A DNA stretch of 64,000 nt, taken from Candidatus Krumholzibacteriota bacterium (GTDB taxonomy: Bacteria; Krumholzibacteriota; Krumholzibacteriia; JAJRXK01). Below are positions 9,597 to 19,130 of the stretch, one piece after another. Position numbers and translations under genes: made by a program. The notes beneath the pieces are model-generated. The model searched no databases. It saw only the letters and a list, made by a program, of their open reading frames with translations, and was not told where the DNA came from. The stretch is taken from positions 544,001 through 608,000 of the forward strand of contig CAVXTH010000006.1 of NCBI GenBank assembly GCA_963764625.1. Reading direction: 5' to 3'. Position 1 is the stretch's first letter. Every line of letters starts with the position of its first letter.

Positions 9597-10544
9597 ATGG
9601 CCACAAAAAGACCGACTCTCAAGCATCGACTCGAATACCTGGGTCTCTACGTGGCGTACATTCTGGGCCGCACGCTGCCGCGGCGTCTCTTCATTCGGGT
9701 CGGCGAGTGGTTGGGGCGCTTCGTCTTCGACGTCTTGCGTATTCGCCGCGGCGTCGCTTTGAGCAACTTGCGTTTCGTGTTCCAAGGGGAGAAGAGCGAA
9801 CAAGAGCTCGTCGATCTCGCGCGACGGTCGTACGCCCAGCTCGTGGGCACGCTGCTGGAATTCGCTTCGTTGTCGCGGACCAAGAAGGAGGAGCTACGCG
9901 AGATCGTCAGTTTCGAGGGCCTGGAAAACCTCGAGGCCGCGCTGAGCACGCCAAAAAGAGGGGCCATTCTCGTTACCGGGCACTACGGAAATTGGGAACT
10001 CTTCGGTGCGGCGTTCGTGGCGCGTGGCTACCCGACCACCTTCCTGGTGAAGGAACAATCCAATCCTCTGGCTTCGAAGATGCAGAACCGACTCCGCGCC
10101 GACGGGGGCATCGAGATCGTGAAGCAGGGTCCCCTCGTGGCTCGCGGAGTGCTCCGCGCGCTGCGCCGGGGACATCTGGTGGGAATCCTGCCCGATCAGG
10201 ATGCCGGCCGGCACGGGGTCTTCGTCGACTTCCTTGGCCGGCCCGCCTCGACCTTCAAGGGCCCGGCCTTCTTCGCGTGGAAAGCCAACGTGCCCATCGT
10301 GCAGGGTTACGTGCGGCGCATGCCCGACGGAACCCACCGCGGGAAGCTGGAACCCCCGATCTATCCCGATCCCCAGGCTGACGAAGAGGAAGAAGTGAGA
10401 CGTCTCACCCAGCTCTACACCAGCGATCTGGAACGCTGGGTGCGAGCGTATCCGGAAAACTATTATTGGGTGCACCGTCGCTGGAAAACCCAACCCGAGC
10501 CAGGCGACGCCTCGAACTCTCATGGCGCCGAGGATTCCCGCTAG
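9597..10544 (+). CDS. lpxL: Lipid A late acyltransferase (LpxL/HtrB family)
   Basis: N-terminal membrane segment, TGHYGNWE catalytic HX4E, ILPDQD, VDFLG, C-terminal YPENYYWVHRRWK. Confidence 0.85.
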   Translation: MATKRPTLKHRLEYLGLYVAYILGRTLPRRLFIRVGEWLGRFVFDVLRIRRGVALSNLRFVFQGEKSEQELVDLARRSYAQLVGTLLEFASLSRTKKEELREIVSFEGLENLEAALSTPKRGAILVTGHYGNWELFGAAFVARGYPTTFLVKEQSNPLASKMQNRLRADGGIEIVKQGPLVARGVLRALRRGHLVGILPDQDAGRHGVFVDFLGRPASTFKGPAFFAWKANVPIVQGYVRRMPDGTHRGKLEPPIYPDPQADEEEEVRRLTQLYTSDLERWVRAYPENYYWVHRRWKTQPEPGDASNSHGAEDSR

Positions 10545-10560
10545 AAACGCGAGGTCTCTC

Positions 10561-10887
10561 TCAGGAGGCGGGATTACTCCGCGGTGGAACGTCCGCCGCC
10601 GAGAAGCCGATGGGCGCGGCGTGATCGTTTCCGGCCATCTTGATCTCCCCGTTCTGTTCCTCGAATCGCTTCACGTTGTCCTGGAGCAACCGAGACACCG
10701 CCTTCGCGGCCTGCGGGGTGAGAATGATGCGCGAATGAACCTTGGCCTGAGGCGGGCCGGGCATGAGCCGCGCGAAGTCCAGAATGAACTCGCTGGGACT
10801 CAGATGGCAGAACGCGAGATTGGAATAGGTTCCCTCGACCACTTGGGGATCGATGTCGACTTTGATCTGTGAGGTCGGTTTGTTCAT
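10561..10887 (-). CDS. DUF3467 family small protein
   Basis: EGTYSNLA..H.SPSEFILDFARLMPGPPQAKVHSRIILTPQAAK; C-terminal PIGF. Confidence 0.85.
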   Translation of the reverse strand: MNKPTSQIKVDIDPQVVEGTYSNLAFCHLSPSEFILDFARLMPGPPQAKVHSRIILTPQAAKAVSRLLQDNVKRFEEQNGEIKMAGNDHAAPIGFSAADVPPRSNPAS

Positions 10888-10917
10888 GGCAATTCTTCCT
10901 GGCTCCGGGGTCGCGGA

Positions 10918-10947
10918 AAGCTACTGTCCGAAAAGGGGAAAGGTCAA
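10918..10947 (-). promoter_or_regulatory. Putative sigma70 promoter for DUF3467
   Basis: Minus strand TTGACC-N18-TAGCTT, about 30 nt upstream of the start. Confidence 0.5.
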
Positions 10948-10965
10948 GCGATGCTCCGGGTCGCA

Positions 10966-10994
10966 TTGACAGGCCCCTGAGGGACGCATATTCT
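10966..10994 (+). promoter_or_regulatory. Putative sigma70 promoter for rfaE1-rfaE2-sucCD
   Basis: TTGACA-N17-TATTCT, back-to-back with the DUF3467 promoter. Confidence 0.7.
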
Positions 10995-11074
10995 GCCTCG
11001 GGGTCGCGCCCGTCCACCTGGATCTCGGGCGTGGGTATCCGACGCTCTCCTCTTGTTTCCCCTGGATTTTCGCA

Positions 11075-12076
11075 ATGCTCGACCCATCGACTCATGAGGA
11101 AGGGCTTTCCGTACTCGGACGTCTGAACTCTCTCCGTCTCGCGGTGGTGGGAGACTGCATGCTCGACCGTTTCGTGCGCGGCCGGGTCGACCGTATTTCT
11201 CCCGAAGCTCCGGTCCCAGTAGTGCACGTGAGTCACGAGGAGGAGAGGTTGGGAGGGGCGGCGAACGTGGCCGCCAATCTGGCCGCTCTCGGCGTCGACA
11301 CCCATATGTACTCTTTGTGCGGGAAAGATCCCGCCGCGGATCGTCTGAGCGGCCTCTTGGAGAGAAGAGGAATCAAGAGCGGGGGCGTGGTGCGAAGCGA
11401 TACGCGCTGCACCACTCTCAAGACACGCATCATGGCGGGAAACCAGCAGGTCGTCCGCATCGACCGCGAGACTCCCGGACCGCTGGATGAAGTCGATCGC
11501 GATCCGCTGCTGTCTCGATTGCAAGAGCAGGGTCCCTTCGACGCGGTAGTGATCTCCGACTACGGCAAGGGAGTGGTGAGCGAGGAGCTCATGACGCTCA
11601 TGCGTCAGTGGCGAGACAGGGGCAGCCTCGTGGTCGTCGACCCCAAGCAGGGGAACTTCGAACTCTATCGTGGCGTCACCGCGATTACCCCCAACGAGAA
11701 AGAAGCGGCGGCTGCGTGCCACGAGCGGATCGAAGGCGAGGCCGATGCGGCACGCGTCGGCGCGATCCTGCGGGAGAGGTTGAAGGCCGATCTGATTTTA
11801 CTCACCCGCGGAGAGAACGGCATCTGTCTTCTCCAGTCGGACGACCGGGTCCATCACTTTCCCACCGAGGCCAGAGAGGTCTACGACGTCACGGGAGCGG
11901 GGGACACGGTCATTGCCGTGTTCACCGCGATTCTGGCGGCAAAAGCGAGTTCCGAACTGGCCACCCGCATGGCAAACGCGGCGGCCGGGGTGGCCGTCGC
12001 CTCCTTGGGCACCACGGTGGTGGATCTCGCGAGCTTGAAGAAAGCCTGGAATCGCATCGCGGGAGAGGAAGAATGA
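11075..12076 (+). CDS. rfaE1: D-glycero-beta-D-manno-heptose-7-phosphate kinase (HldE kinase domain)
   Basis: VGDCMLD, RISPEAPVPV, GGAANVA, SDYGKG, ITPN, DVTGAGDT. Confidence 0.93.
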   Translation: MLDPSTHEEGLSVLGRLNSLRLAVVGDCMLDRFVRGRVDRISPEAPVPVVHVSHEEERLGGAANVAANLAALGVDTHMYSLCGKDPAADRLSGLLERRGIKSGGVVRSDTRCTTLKTRIMAGNQQVVRIDRETPGPLDEVDRDPLLSRLQEQGPFDAVVISDYGKGVVSEELMTLMRQWRDRGSLVVVDPKQGNFELYRGVTAITPNEKEAAAACHERIEGEADAARVGAILRERLKADLILLTRGENGICLLQSDDRVHHFPTEAREVYDVTGAGDTVIAVFTAILAAKASSELATRMANAAAGVAVASLGTTVVDLASLKKAWNRIAGEEE

Positions 12077-12600
12077 GCGGCGAGGAAAACTCGCAGCCCA
12101 CCGATCTTGCGCCTCTGCTGTCGCCGCAGGAGCTGCCGGACTGGGCGGAGAGCCAGCGCCGGCGGGGTCATCGGATCGTCTTCACGAACGGTTGTTTCGA
12201 TCTTCTGCACCCGGGCCACATCCATTCTCTCAGCGAGGCGCGCGGTCTGGGAGACGTGCTTCTGGTGGGGCTCAACGACGATGCGAGCGTACGCGCGCTC
12301 AAGGGCGAGGGGAGGCCATTCTACGAGCAGGAGGCGCGGGCCCTCTTGCTGCGCGCCTTGCGCGCGGTTTCCGCGGTAACTATTTTCGCGGCCACAACTT
12401 CGCTCCCCACCATTCTCACGGTGCGGCCGGACGTTCTCGCCAAGGGCGGCGAGTATGAGCAAGAGGAAATCGTGGGCGGTAGCCAGGTGAAGAGCTGGGG
12501 TGGACAGGTCGTCCGACTCTCCATGGTTTCGGGTCTCTCGACCACGCAGATTCTGGCTCGCATGCGCGGGAAGACTTCTCGCGGAAAGGAAGAACTTTGA
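12073..12600 (+). CDS. rfaE2: D-glycero-beta-D-manno-heptose-1-phosphate adenylyltransferase
   Basis: ATG at 12073 (ATGA overlap) inside ORF 11608; FTNGCFDLLHPGH, GLNDDASVR.LKG, KGGEY, STT. Confidence 0.92.
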   Translation: MSGEENSQPTDLAPLLSPQELPDWAESQRRRGHRIVFTNGCFDLLHPGHIHSLSEARGLGDVLLVGLNDDASVRALKGEGRPFYEQEARALLLRALRAVSAVTIFAATTSLPTILTVRPDVLAKGGEYEQEEIVGGSQVKSWGGQVVRLSMVSGLSTTQILARMRGKTSRGKEEL

Positions 12601-13736
12601 AGGTTCACGAGTATCAGGCGAAGGACATCTTCGTCGAACACGGACTTCCGGTTCCCAAAGGCAAAGTGGCCACTACCGTTGAACAGGCCGAGTCCATTGC
12701 AAAGGAAATCGGTGGGGCGGTCATGGTGAAGGCACAAGTCCACGTGGGTGGCAGAGGTAAGGCGGGGGGGGTGAAGTACGCGGAAAACGCGGCGAAGGCC
12801 AAGGAGTACGCGGCCGCCATCCTCGGGATGGACATCAAGGGTCTGAAAGTGGAGAAGGTTCTCATCACCGAAGCGGTGGACATCGACGAAGAATACTACG
12901 TGGGGCTTCTAATGGATCGTGCGAGCAAGCGTCCCATGTTCATCGTGTCCGCCGCCGGCGGCGTGGACATCGAGGAAGTGGCGGTGAGCGCTCCGGAGAA
13001 GATCCACACCCTGGTCGTCGACCCTCGCTACGGAGCGCAGCCCTACCAGGTTCGGGACCTGGCCTACGGTGTGACCACCGACCCCACCGTGGTGAAGGGC
13101 ATGACCAAGGCCCTCCTCACCCTGTACCAGGTCTACAAGGACAGCGATGCCTCGCTGGTGGAGATCAACCCCTTCGTGAAGAGCAAGGACGGAGCTGTCT
13201 GGGCGGTGGATGCCAAGCTCAACATCGACGACAGTGCTCTCTACCGTCAGAAACGCATCGCGGCCATGCGCGATCTCACCGAAGAAGATCGCAGCGAAGT
13301 CGAGGCAAAGGAAGCGGGACTGAGTTTCGTGAAGCTCGAGGGCAACGTGGGTTGCCTGGTCAACGGAGCCGGCCTGGCGATGGCGACGATGGATCTGGTG
13401 AAGTACTTCGGAGGGCAGCCGGCCAACTTCCTCGACATCGGCGGGTCCTCGAATCCGGAGAAAGTCGTCACCGCGATGAAAATCATTCTTCGCGACGAGA
13501 ACGTGAAGGCGATTCTCTTCAACATCTTCGGAGGGATCACGCGCTGCGATGACGTGGCGGCTGGGCTCTTGAAGGCGGTCGAAATTCTCGACGTTCCGGT
13601 TCCCATCGTGGTGAGGCTCACCGGAACCAACGAAGACAAGGCGAGGGAGATGCTGAAGGACAGCAAGCTGCATTCCGCCACGACGATGGATGAAGCAGTG
13701 CAATTGGCGCTTCAATTGGCAGGGGAGGGAAAGTAG
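12597..13736 (+). CDS. sucC: Succinyl-CoA synthetase beta subunit
   Basis: [50 protein letters not shown]. Confidence 0.97.
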   Translation: MKVHEYQAKDIFVEHGLPVPKGKVATTVEQAESIAKEIGGAVMVKAQVHVGGRGKAGGVKYAENAAKAKEYAAAILGMDIKGLKVEKVLITEAVDIDEEYYVGLLMDRASKRPMFIVSAAGGVDIEEVAVSAPEKIHTLVVDPRYGAQPYQVRDLAYGVTTDPTVVKGMTKALLTLYQVYKDSDASLVEINPFVKSKDGAVWAVDAKLNIDDSALYRQKRIAAMRDLTEEDRSEVEAKEAGLSFVKLEGNVGCLVNGAGLAMATMDLVKYFGGQPANFLDIGGSSNPEKVVTAMKIILRDENVKAILFNIFGGITRCDDVAAGLLKAVEILDVPVPIVVRLTGTNEDKAREMLKDSKLHSATTMDEAVQLALQLAGEGK

Positions 13737-13738
13737 CA

Positions 13739-14638
13739 ATGAGCATCTTCGTCAACAAGGACACCAGGCTCGTGGTTCAGGGCATCACCGGACGCGACGG
13801 CTCGTTTCACACCAAGCAGATGATGGAGTATGGCACCGCGGTCGTGGCCGGCGTCACGCCGGGCAAGGGCGGCCAGCTCTTCGAGGACAAGGTTCCCATC
13901 TTCAACACGGTTCGCGAGGCGGTGGCCAAGACCAAGGCCAACACCAGCGTCATCTACGTCCCGGCGGCCTTCGCCACCGACGCCATCATGGAGGCGGTGG
14001 ACGCCGGCTGCGCGACGGTGGTGTGCATTTCCGAGGGCGTGCCCGTCAACGACATGGCGGTCATCTACGCCTACGTGAAGGAAGAGGGCGCGCGTCTGAT
14101 CGGACCCAATTGCCCCGGCCTTTTGAGCCCGGGGCAGGCCAAGGTCGGAATCCTACCGGCCCAGATCACGGCCGAGGGAAAGGTGGGGGTGGTGAGCCGC
14201 AGTGGCACCCTGACCTACGAGGTCGTGGATCAGCTCACGCGCAACGGGCTGGGCCAGAGCACCTGTATCGGGATCGGCGGCGATCCCATCGTCGGGACCG
14301 ACTTTCTGGATTGCCTGAAGGCCTTCGAGAAGGACTCCGATACCGAGGCAGTGGTGCTCATCGGCGAGATCGGTGGCGACGACGAGGAGAAGGCGGCCGA
14401 GTACATCCAGAAGCACATGAGCAAGCCGGTGGTCGCCTTCATCGCCGGGCGTACCGCGCCACCGGGCAAGCGCATGGGCCACGCCGGCGCCATTGTGAGC
14501 GGGGGCAAGGGCACCGCGGAAAGCAAGGTGGCTGCCTTCGAGGCGGCGGGGGTGAGAGTCGCGGACAAGCCCAGCGATCTGGTGCCCCTTCTGGCGGAGA
14601 GTTATCCGCCGGCCAAGGCCGCGCTCTCGGCCCGGTAG
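13739..14638 (+). CDS. sucD: Succinyl-CoA synthetase alpha subunit
   Basis: [29 protein letters not shown], phospho-His motif MGHAGA. Confidence 0.97.
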   Translation: MSIFVNKDTRLVVQGITGRDGSFHTKQMMEYGTAVVAGVTPGKGGQLFEDKVPIFNTVREAVAKTKANTSVIYVPAAFATDAIMEAVDAGCATVVCISEGVPVNDMAVIYAYVKEEGARLIGPNCPGLLSPGQAKVGILPAQITAEGKVGVVSRSGTLTYEVVDQLTRNGLGQSTCIGIGGDPIVGTDFLDCLKAFEKDSDTEAVVLIGEIGGDDEEKAAEYIQKHMSKPVVAFIAGRTAPPGKRMGHAGAIVSGGKGTAESKVAAFEAAGVRVADKPSDLVPLLAESYPPAKAALSAR

Positions 14639-14673
14639 ACCACTGGCGGTTACGAGCATTTTCGCTGATTCTG

Positions 14674-14697
14674 GGGGCTCCCGCGCGCGGGAGCCCC
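14674..14697. repeat. Perfect 24-bp palindrome between sucD and ndk
   Basis: GGGGCTCCCGCG|CGCGGGAGCCCC with no U-tract. Confidence 0.75.
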
Positions 14698-14719
14698 TGT
14701 CGCAGAAAAGGGAGAGGCA

Positions 14720-15127
14720 GTGCAGAACACCTACATGATGATCAAGCCCGAGGCGGTCGCGGCCGGACAGGTGGGGCGCATTCTGGCCCTGGCCGAGACC
14801 AATGGCTTCACACTCTTGGCAATCAAGAGCTTCACCATGGATCGCGCCCTGGCCCAGGAGTTCTACGCAGTGCATCGCGAGCGGCCGTTCTTCGCCGATC
14901 TGGTGCAGTATATCTGCTCCGGCCCGGTGGTGGGAGTCCACTGCCGGCGCGAGGACGCGGTCTCTCGCATGCGGGAATTGGTGGGTGCGACCGACCCCGC
15001 GGAGGCGAAATGCGGCACCATTCGCTTTCTTTTCGGCACAGATCTGTCCCACAATGCGGTCCACGCCTCCGATTCGCCTGAGAACGCCCAGCTGGAGCTG
15101 GGGCTCATCTTCGGCGGATCTCTTTGA
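14720..15127 (+). CDS. ndk: Nucleoside diphosphate kinase
   Basis: IKPE, FYAVHRERPFF, GATDP, GTIR, NAVHASDS. Confidence 0.96.
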   Translation: MQNTYMMIKPEAVAAGQVGRILALAETNGFTLLAIKSFTMDRALAQEFYAVHRERPFFADLVQYICSGPVVGVHCRREDAVSRMRELVGATDPAEAKCGTIRFLFGTDLSHNAVHASDSPENAQLELGLIFGGSL

Positions 15128-15151
15128 CAATGGGACGGGAACGATTACTCT
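15124..15151 (+). promoter_or_regulatory. Putative sigma70 promoter for yceD-rpmF-plsX-fab
   Basis: TTGACA (overlapping the ndk stop)-N16-TACTCT. Confidence 0.45.
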
Positions 15152-15163
15152 AGGAGCCCTGGT

Positions 15164-15691
15164 TTGAGCGCGGTAGAGCTGAATCTGGACCGTCTGGAGC
15201 GGGGCCGCTCCGCTCTCTCCTTCGACACCGAGCTCGTGCGCGAGCCCCTCGATGACGAGGAAGCGGCGTCCAGCGTGTTGGTGGGGGGAGAGCTCCCGGT
15301 AGACGACATGGACCAGAGAATTCTGGTGCATGGCACGTTCGCGGTGCGCCAAGGCGCGCAATGCGACCGTTGCAATCGCGAGTTCGAGCTTGTGACGCAG
15401 GCCGAACTCGAGGTGATGATCCTGAGGAACCCTTCACGCGGAGACGAAGTGGAGGATGCGCGGGACGCGTGGGTGATTCACCAGCAAGGGGGAATCGTCT
15501 CCTTGGACAGGGCTTTGCTCGAGGCGGTGAGCCTGGCGGAGCCACAGAAGTTTTTGTGTCGCGACGACTGCAAGGGACTGTGTCCCAACTGCGGCGCGGA
15601 TTGGAACGAGAAAAGCTGCGAGTGCACCCAGGATGAATTCGATTCCCGCTGGGCCGCCCTCGAGAAGCTGAGAGAAAAGGACCCGAGCTAG
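15164..15691 (+). CDS. yceD: DUF177/YceD family protein
   Basis: CDRC, LCRDDCKGLCPNCG..WN...CEC, DSRWAALEKL; directly upstream of rpmF. Confidence 0.9.
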   Translation: MSAVELNLDRLERGRSALSFDTELVREPLDDEEAASSVLVGGELPVDDMDQRILVHGTFAVRQGAQCDRCNREFELVTQAELEVMILRNPSRGDEVEDARDAWVIHQQGGIVSLDRALLEAVSLAEPQKFLCRDDCKGLCPNCGADWNEKSCECTQDEFDSRWAALEKLREKDPS

Positions 15692-15714
15692 GGTCCCTTT
15701 TCGAGGGAGGAATC

Positions 15715-15894
15715 ATGGCGGTACCCAAGAGGAGAACTTCGAAAGCGCGCAAGCGCAAGCGCCGGACCCATTACCTCGTGGTCGCGGCCAATCTGGACCG
15801 TTGCCCGCATTGTGGAGCCGCCCGGATGAGTCATCGGGTGTGTAAGGAATGCGGTCACTACGGTACGGAGCAGGTCATGCAGAGCAGCGAGTGA
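15715..15894 (+). CDS. rpmF: 50S ribosomal protein L32 (59 aa, below the ORF-track cutoff)
   Basis: Hand translation MAVPKRRTSKARKRKRRTHYLVVAANLDRCPHCGAARMSHRVCKECGHYGTEQVMQSSE; RBS GGAGG. Confidence 0.97.
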   Translation: MAVPKRRTSKARKRKRRTHYLVVAANLDRCPHCGAARMSHRVCKECGHYGTEQVMQSSE

Positions 15895-16991
15895 CGTCCA
15901 GGATTCCGGTGGACTCCTATCCCGAACAACAAATTGCAGTGGACGCCATGGGGGGGGACTTCGGTCCCGAAGTGGTGGTCCAAGGGGCGTTACGCGCTCT
16001 TCCCCGTCTCGGGGACGGAGCGCGTCTCGTTTTTTTCGGGGACCACGACTCGGTGATGCGCGAAATCCGCAAGACGGGCGCGCGCCCGAGCTCGGTACGC
16101 GTCGTCCACGCCCCCGAGTCGATCGAGATGCACGAATCACCGGCCGCGGCGGTTCGGAAGAAGCGAGACTCCTCCATCGTCAGCGCTGCGAAGGCAATGA
16201 GCGAAGGGCGAGCCGACGCCTTCGTGTCGGCGGGCAGCACCGGCGCGGTCGTGGCGGCAAACCTTCTCTACGTGGGCCGGTTGCCCGGCGTCCTCAGGCC
16301 CGGTATCGCTACCTATTGTCCCACCCGGAAGGGCACCGCGCTGTTCATCGACGTGGGCGCGAATGCCGATTGCAAACCCCAGCATCTGGTCCAGTTTGCG
16401 GCCATGGGCCGCATCTACTCGGAAAAAGTCTTAGGAGTAGCAAGCCCTCGCGTCGGCCTTTTGAACATTGGTGAGGAGGACTCCAAGGGCAATGAGCTCT
16501 GCCAGGCCGCGCACAAGCTCCTGGTGCAGCACGAATCGAACTTTATCGGCAACGTGGAAAGTTCGGCAGTGTTTGCCGGCAAAGCCGACGTCATCGTGAC
16601 CGACGGTTTCGTGGGAAACATCCTTCTGAAGTCGGTCGAGGGATTCGCCGGCTTTCTCATGGGCACCATCAAGCACGAAATCATGCAGAGCATCCGCGCC
16701 CGAGTGGGAGGATGGATGCTGAAGCGTCGCCTTCGAAGCATCTTCGAAGGATTCGACTACGTGCAGTACGGCGGTGCGCCCCTTTTGGGCTGCAAGGGAA
16801 TCAGCATCATCTGCCACGGGAAGAGCAACGAAGAGGCAATCGCCAACGCGGTCGTCTTTGCGAGCCGGGCGGTTCGGGAGAATTTGGACGAACTCATCCG
16901 CGCCGAGGTGGAGGGTGAGGGATTCGACGAGGGCCCGAACGGAGAAAGCGGGGAGAGGGACAGAGAAAGCCGGGAGGAAAGTCCGGGATGA
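15891..16991 (+). CDS. plsX: Phosphate acyltransferase PlsX
   Basis: IAVDAMGGDFGP, SAGSTGA, RPG, DVGANAD, LLNIGEEDSKG, DGFVGN, GGAPLLG. Start placed at the GTG overlapping the rpmF stop (approximate). Confidence 0.95.
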   Translation: MTSRIPVDSYPEQQIAVDAMGGDFGPEVVVQGALRALPRLGDGARLVFFGDHDSVMREIRKTGARPSSVRVVHAPESIEMHESPAAAVRKKRDSSIVSAAKAMSEGRADAFVSAGSTGAVVAANLLYVGRLPGVLRPGIATYCPTRKGTALFIDVGANADCKPQHLVQFAAMGRIYSEKVLGVASPRVGLLNIGEEDSKGNELCQAAHKLLVQHESNFIGNVESSAVFAGKADVIVTDGFVGNILLKSVEGFAGFLMGTIKHEIMQSIRARVGGWMLKRRLRSIFEGFDYVQYGGAPLLGCKGISIICHGKSNEEAIANAVVFASRAVRENLDELIRAEVEGEGFDEGPNGESGERDRESREESPG

Positions 16992-17941
16992 GTCGCGCTT
17001 TCGGTTCTCTGTTTCCAGGGCAAGCCAGTCAATCCGTCGGCATGGGGAAGGACCTGGTCGACGCCTACCCGGAGGCGCGTGGAGTTTTCGAGCGCGCGGA
17101 CGAGGCTCTGGGATTTTCCTTGAGCACTTTGTGTTTCGAAGGACCCATGGAGGAGCTGACACAAACACGGAACGCCCAGCCCGCGATTCTCACCCACAGT
17201 CTGGCGATCCACGCGGTGCTTCAGTCGAGAGCCGATTTCCAACCACTACTGGCCGCGGGGCATTCGCTGGGTGAGATCAGCGCGGCCGCGGCGGCCGGAT
17301 CGTTCTCCCTGGAGAACGCGGTGCGCGTCGTCCGCGCCCGCGGAGAGTTGATGTGGGAAGCGGGCCAACGGCAAGCAGGTACCATGGCGGCGGTGGTTGG
17401 GCTCGAGCGCGACGCGGTGGATGCGGTCTGCCACGAGCACAGCCAGAAAGGACACGGGGTCGTCGTCGTCGCCAACCTCAATAGTCCAGGCCAGCTCGTC
17501 ATATCGGGAGATCTCGAGGCCGTTCGCTCCGTGGCGTATCCGCTGAAAGAGGCGGGCGCGCGCCGGGTCTTGCCGCTGAAAGTGAGTGGCGCGTTCCATT
17601 CTCCCCTCATGGAATGCGTACAGTCGGAGTTCGCCAAAGTCCTGGAAACGGCGGAGGTGGCCGATCCCGCCTACGGGATCGTGTCCAACGTGAGCGCAGA
17701 GCCACAGCTCAGCGGCGCGGATCTCGCTCGTGGATTGGTGGAGCAACTCGTGTCGCCCGTGCGCTGGCACGAATCAGTGGCGCGCATGATCAAGAGTGGA
17801 GTGTCGACTTTTTTGGAGCTCGGACCGGGAAACGTCCTCACGAATTTGGGGGGACGGGATTTCAAGGACGCGGAATTCGTGCCGAGTTCGAGCCGAGAGG
17901 GAGTGGAAAAAATGCTTGCCACTCTTCAAGGGAGCATGTAA
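16988..17941 (+). CDS. fabD: Malonyl-CoA:ACP transacylase
   Basis: FPGQASQ, QPAI, active-site GHSLGE, VSGAFHSPLM, ELGPG. Confidence 0.96.
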   Translation: MSRAFGSLFPGQASQSVGMGKDLVDAYPEARGVFERADEALGFSLSTLCFEGPMEELTQTRNAQPAILTHSLAIHAVLQSRADFQPLLAAGHSLGEISAAAAAGSFSLENAVRVVRARGELMWEAGQRQAGTMAAVVGLERDAVDAVCHEHSQKGHGVVVVANLNSPGQLVISGDLEAVRSVAYPLKEAGARRVLPLKVSGAFHSPLMECVQSEFAKVLETAEVADPAYGIVSNVSAEPQLSGADLARGLVEQLVSPVRWHESVARMIKSGVSTFLELGPGNVLTNLGGRDFKDAEFVPSSSREGVEKMLATLQGSM

Positions 17942-18013
17942 CGATGGCCACGCTCCCTCCCCCGCTTGGGGGAGGGATAGCCTATATCAGGTCAACAGCT
18001 TAGAGGATTTCAG

Positions 18014-18763
18014 GTGTCTGTGGACCGGGCTCTGGGAGTCGCTCTCGTCACGGGAGCTAGCCAAGGAATCGGACGGGCGATCGCGAGCCGTCTCGCACGC
18101 GATGGATTCAATCTCGCCCTGGTCGCGCGCCGAGCCGAGGTTTTGTCGGAGTTCGCGGACTCCCTGCGCGGCGAAGGGGCTTCGGCCGAAGCCTTCGCAT
18201 GCGACGTCACGGATGAGACAGCGGTCGCCGAGACCGTGCAGGCGATTCTCGAGCGCATGGGGACGATCGATGCCGCGGTGAACAACGCGGGGATCGCCCG
18301 AGATGCGCTCCTGGTCAGGATGAAGGCCGAGCAGTGGTCAGAGGTCATGCGGACCAACTTGGATGGGTGTTATCATTTCGTGCGCCATGTGGCGCCGGTC
18401 ATGTTGAAGGCCCGCAAAGGCCGAATCGTGAACATCAGTTCGGTGATCGGCCAGATGGGAAACGCCGGTCAGGTCAACTATGCCGCCAGCAAAGCAGGGA
18501 TCATCGGGCTGACACTGGCGACCGCCCGGGAACTCGCGGGACGGGGAATCACCGTCAACGCGGTCGCTCCCGGTTTCATCGAGACCGCCATGACTCAGGA
18601 GCTTCCCGAGAGCGCGGTGAAAGATCTTCAAGCGAAGATCCCACTGCGCCGGCTCGGGCGACCCGAAGACGTGGCGGCGCTCGTTTCGTTCCTGCTGTCA
18701 GAGGATGCGTCCTACATCACCGGACAGGTCCTCAACTGCGATGGTGGGATGGTGATGGGGTGA
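18014..18763 (+). CDS. fabG: 3-oxoacyl-ACP reductase
   Basis: TGASQGIG, NNAGIARD, NYAASK, VAPGFIET, YITGQVL. Confidence 0.96.
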   Translation: MSVDRALGVALVTGASQGIGRAIASRLARDGFNLALVARRAEVLSEFADSLRGEGASAEAFACDVTDETAVAETVQAILERMGTIDAAVNNAGIARDALLVRMKAEQWSEVMRTNLDGCYHFVRHVAPVMLKARKGRIVNISSVIGQMGNAGQVNYAASKAGIIGLTLATARELAGRGITVNAVAPGFIETAMTQELPESAVKDLQAKIPLRRLGRPEDVAALVSFLLSEDASYITGQVLNCDGGMVMG

Positions 18764-18846
18764 ACGTTTCCCCGGAGCGCGCCGTCAGCGCGCTGGATGT
18801 ATCACAGGATCCGCCCCAAACGGCGGCCATTCGGAGGTAGATAAGC

Positions 18847-19092
18847 GTGGCTGTTGAAAACATCGAAGCCGAAGTCAAAAAGATCATCGAGGAGAAACTC
18901 GGCGTGAACGCGGAGCAAATCACGGACGAGGCCTCCTTCATCGATGATCTCGGGGCCGATTCACTCGACCAGGTCGAATTGGTCATGGATTTCGAGGACA
19001 AGTTCGAGATCGACATCCCCGACGAGGACGCGGAGAAGATGCGGACGGTCGGAGAGGCGGTCTCCTATCTAACGGAGCGAATCGGGTCCTGA
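18847..19092 (+). CDS. acpP: Acyl carrier protein
   Basis: [26 protein letters not shown]. Confidence 0.97.
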   Translation: MAVENIEAEVKKIIEEKLGVNAEQITDEASFIDDLGADSLDQVELVMDFEDKFEIDIPDEDAEKMRTVGEAVSYLTERIGS

Positions 19093-19130
19093 GGGAAAAC
19101 CCCGGTCCTGTATCGAGGAAGGATACCGCA

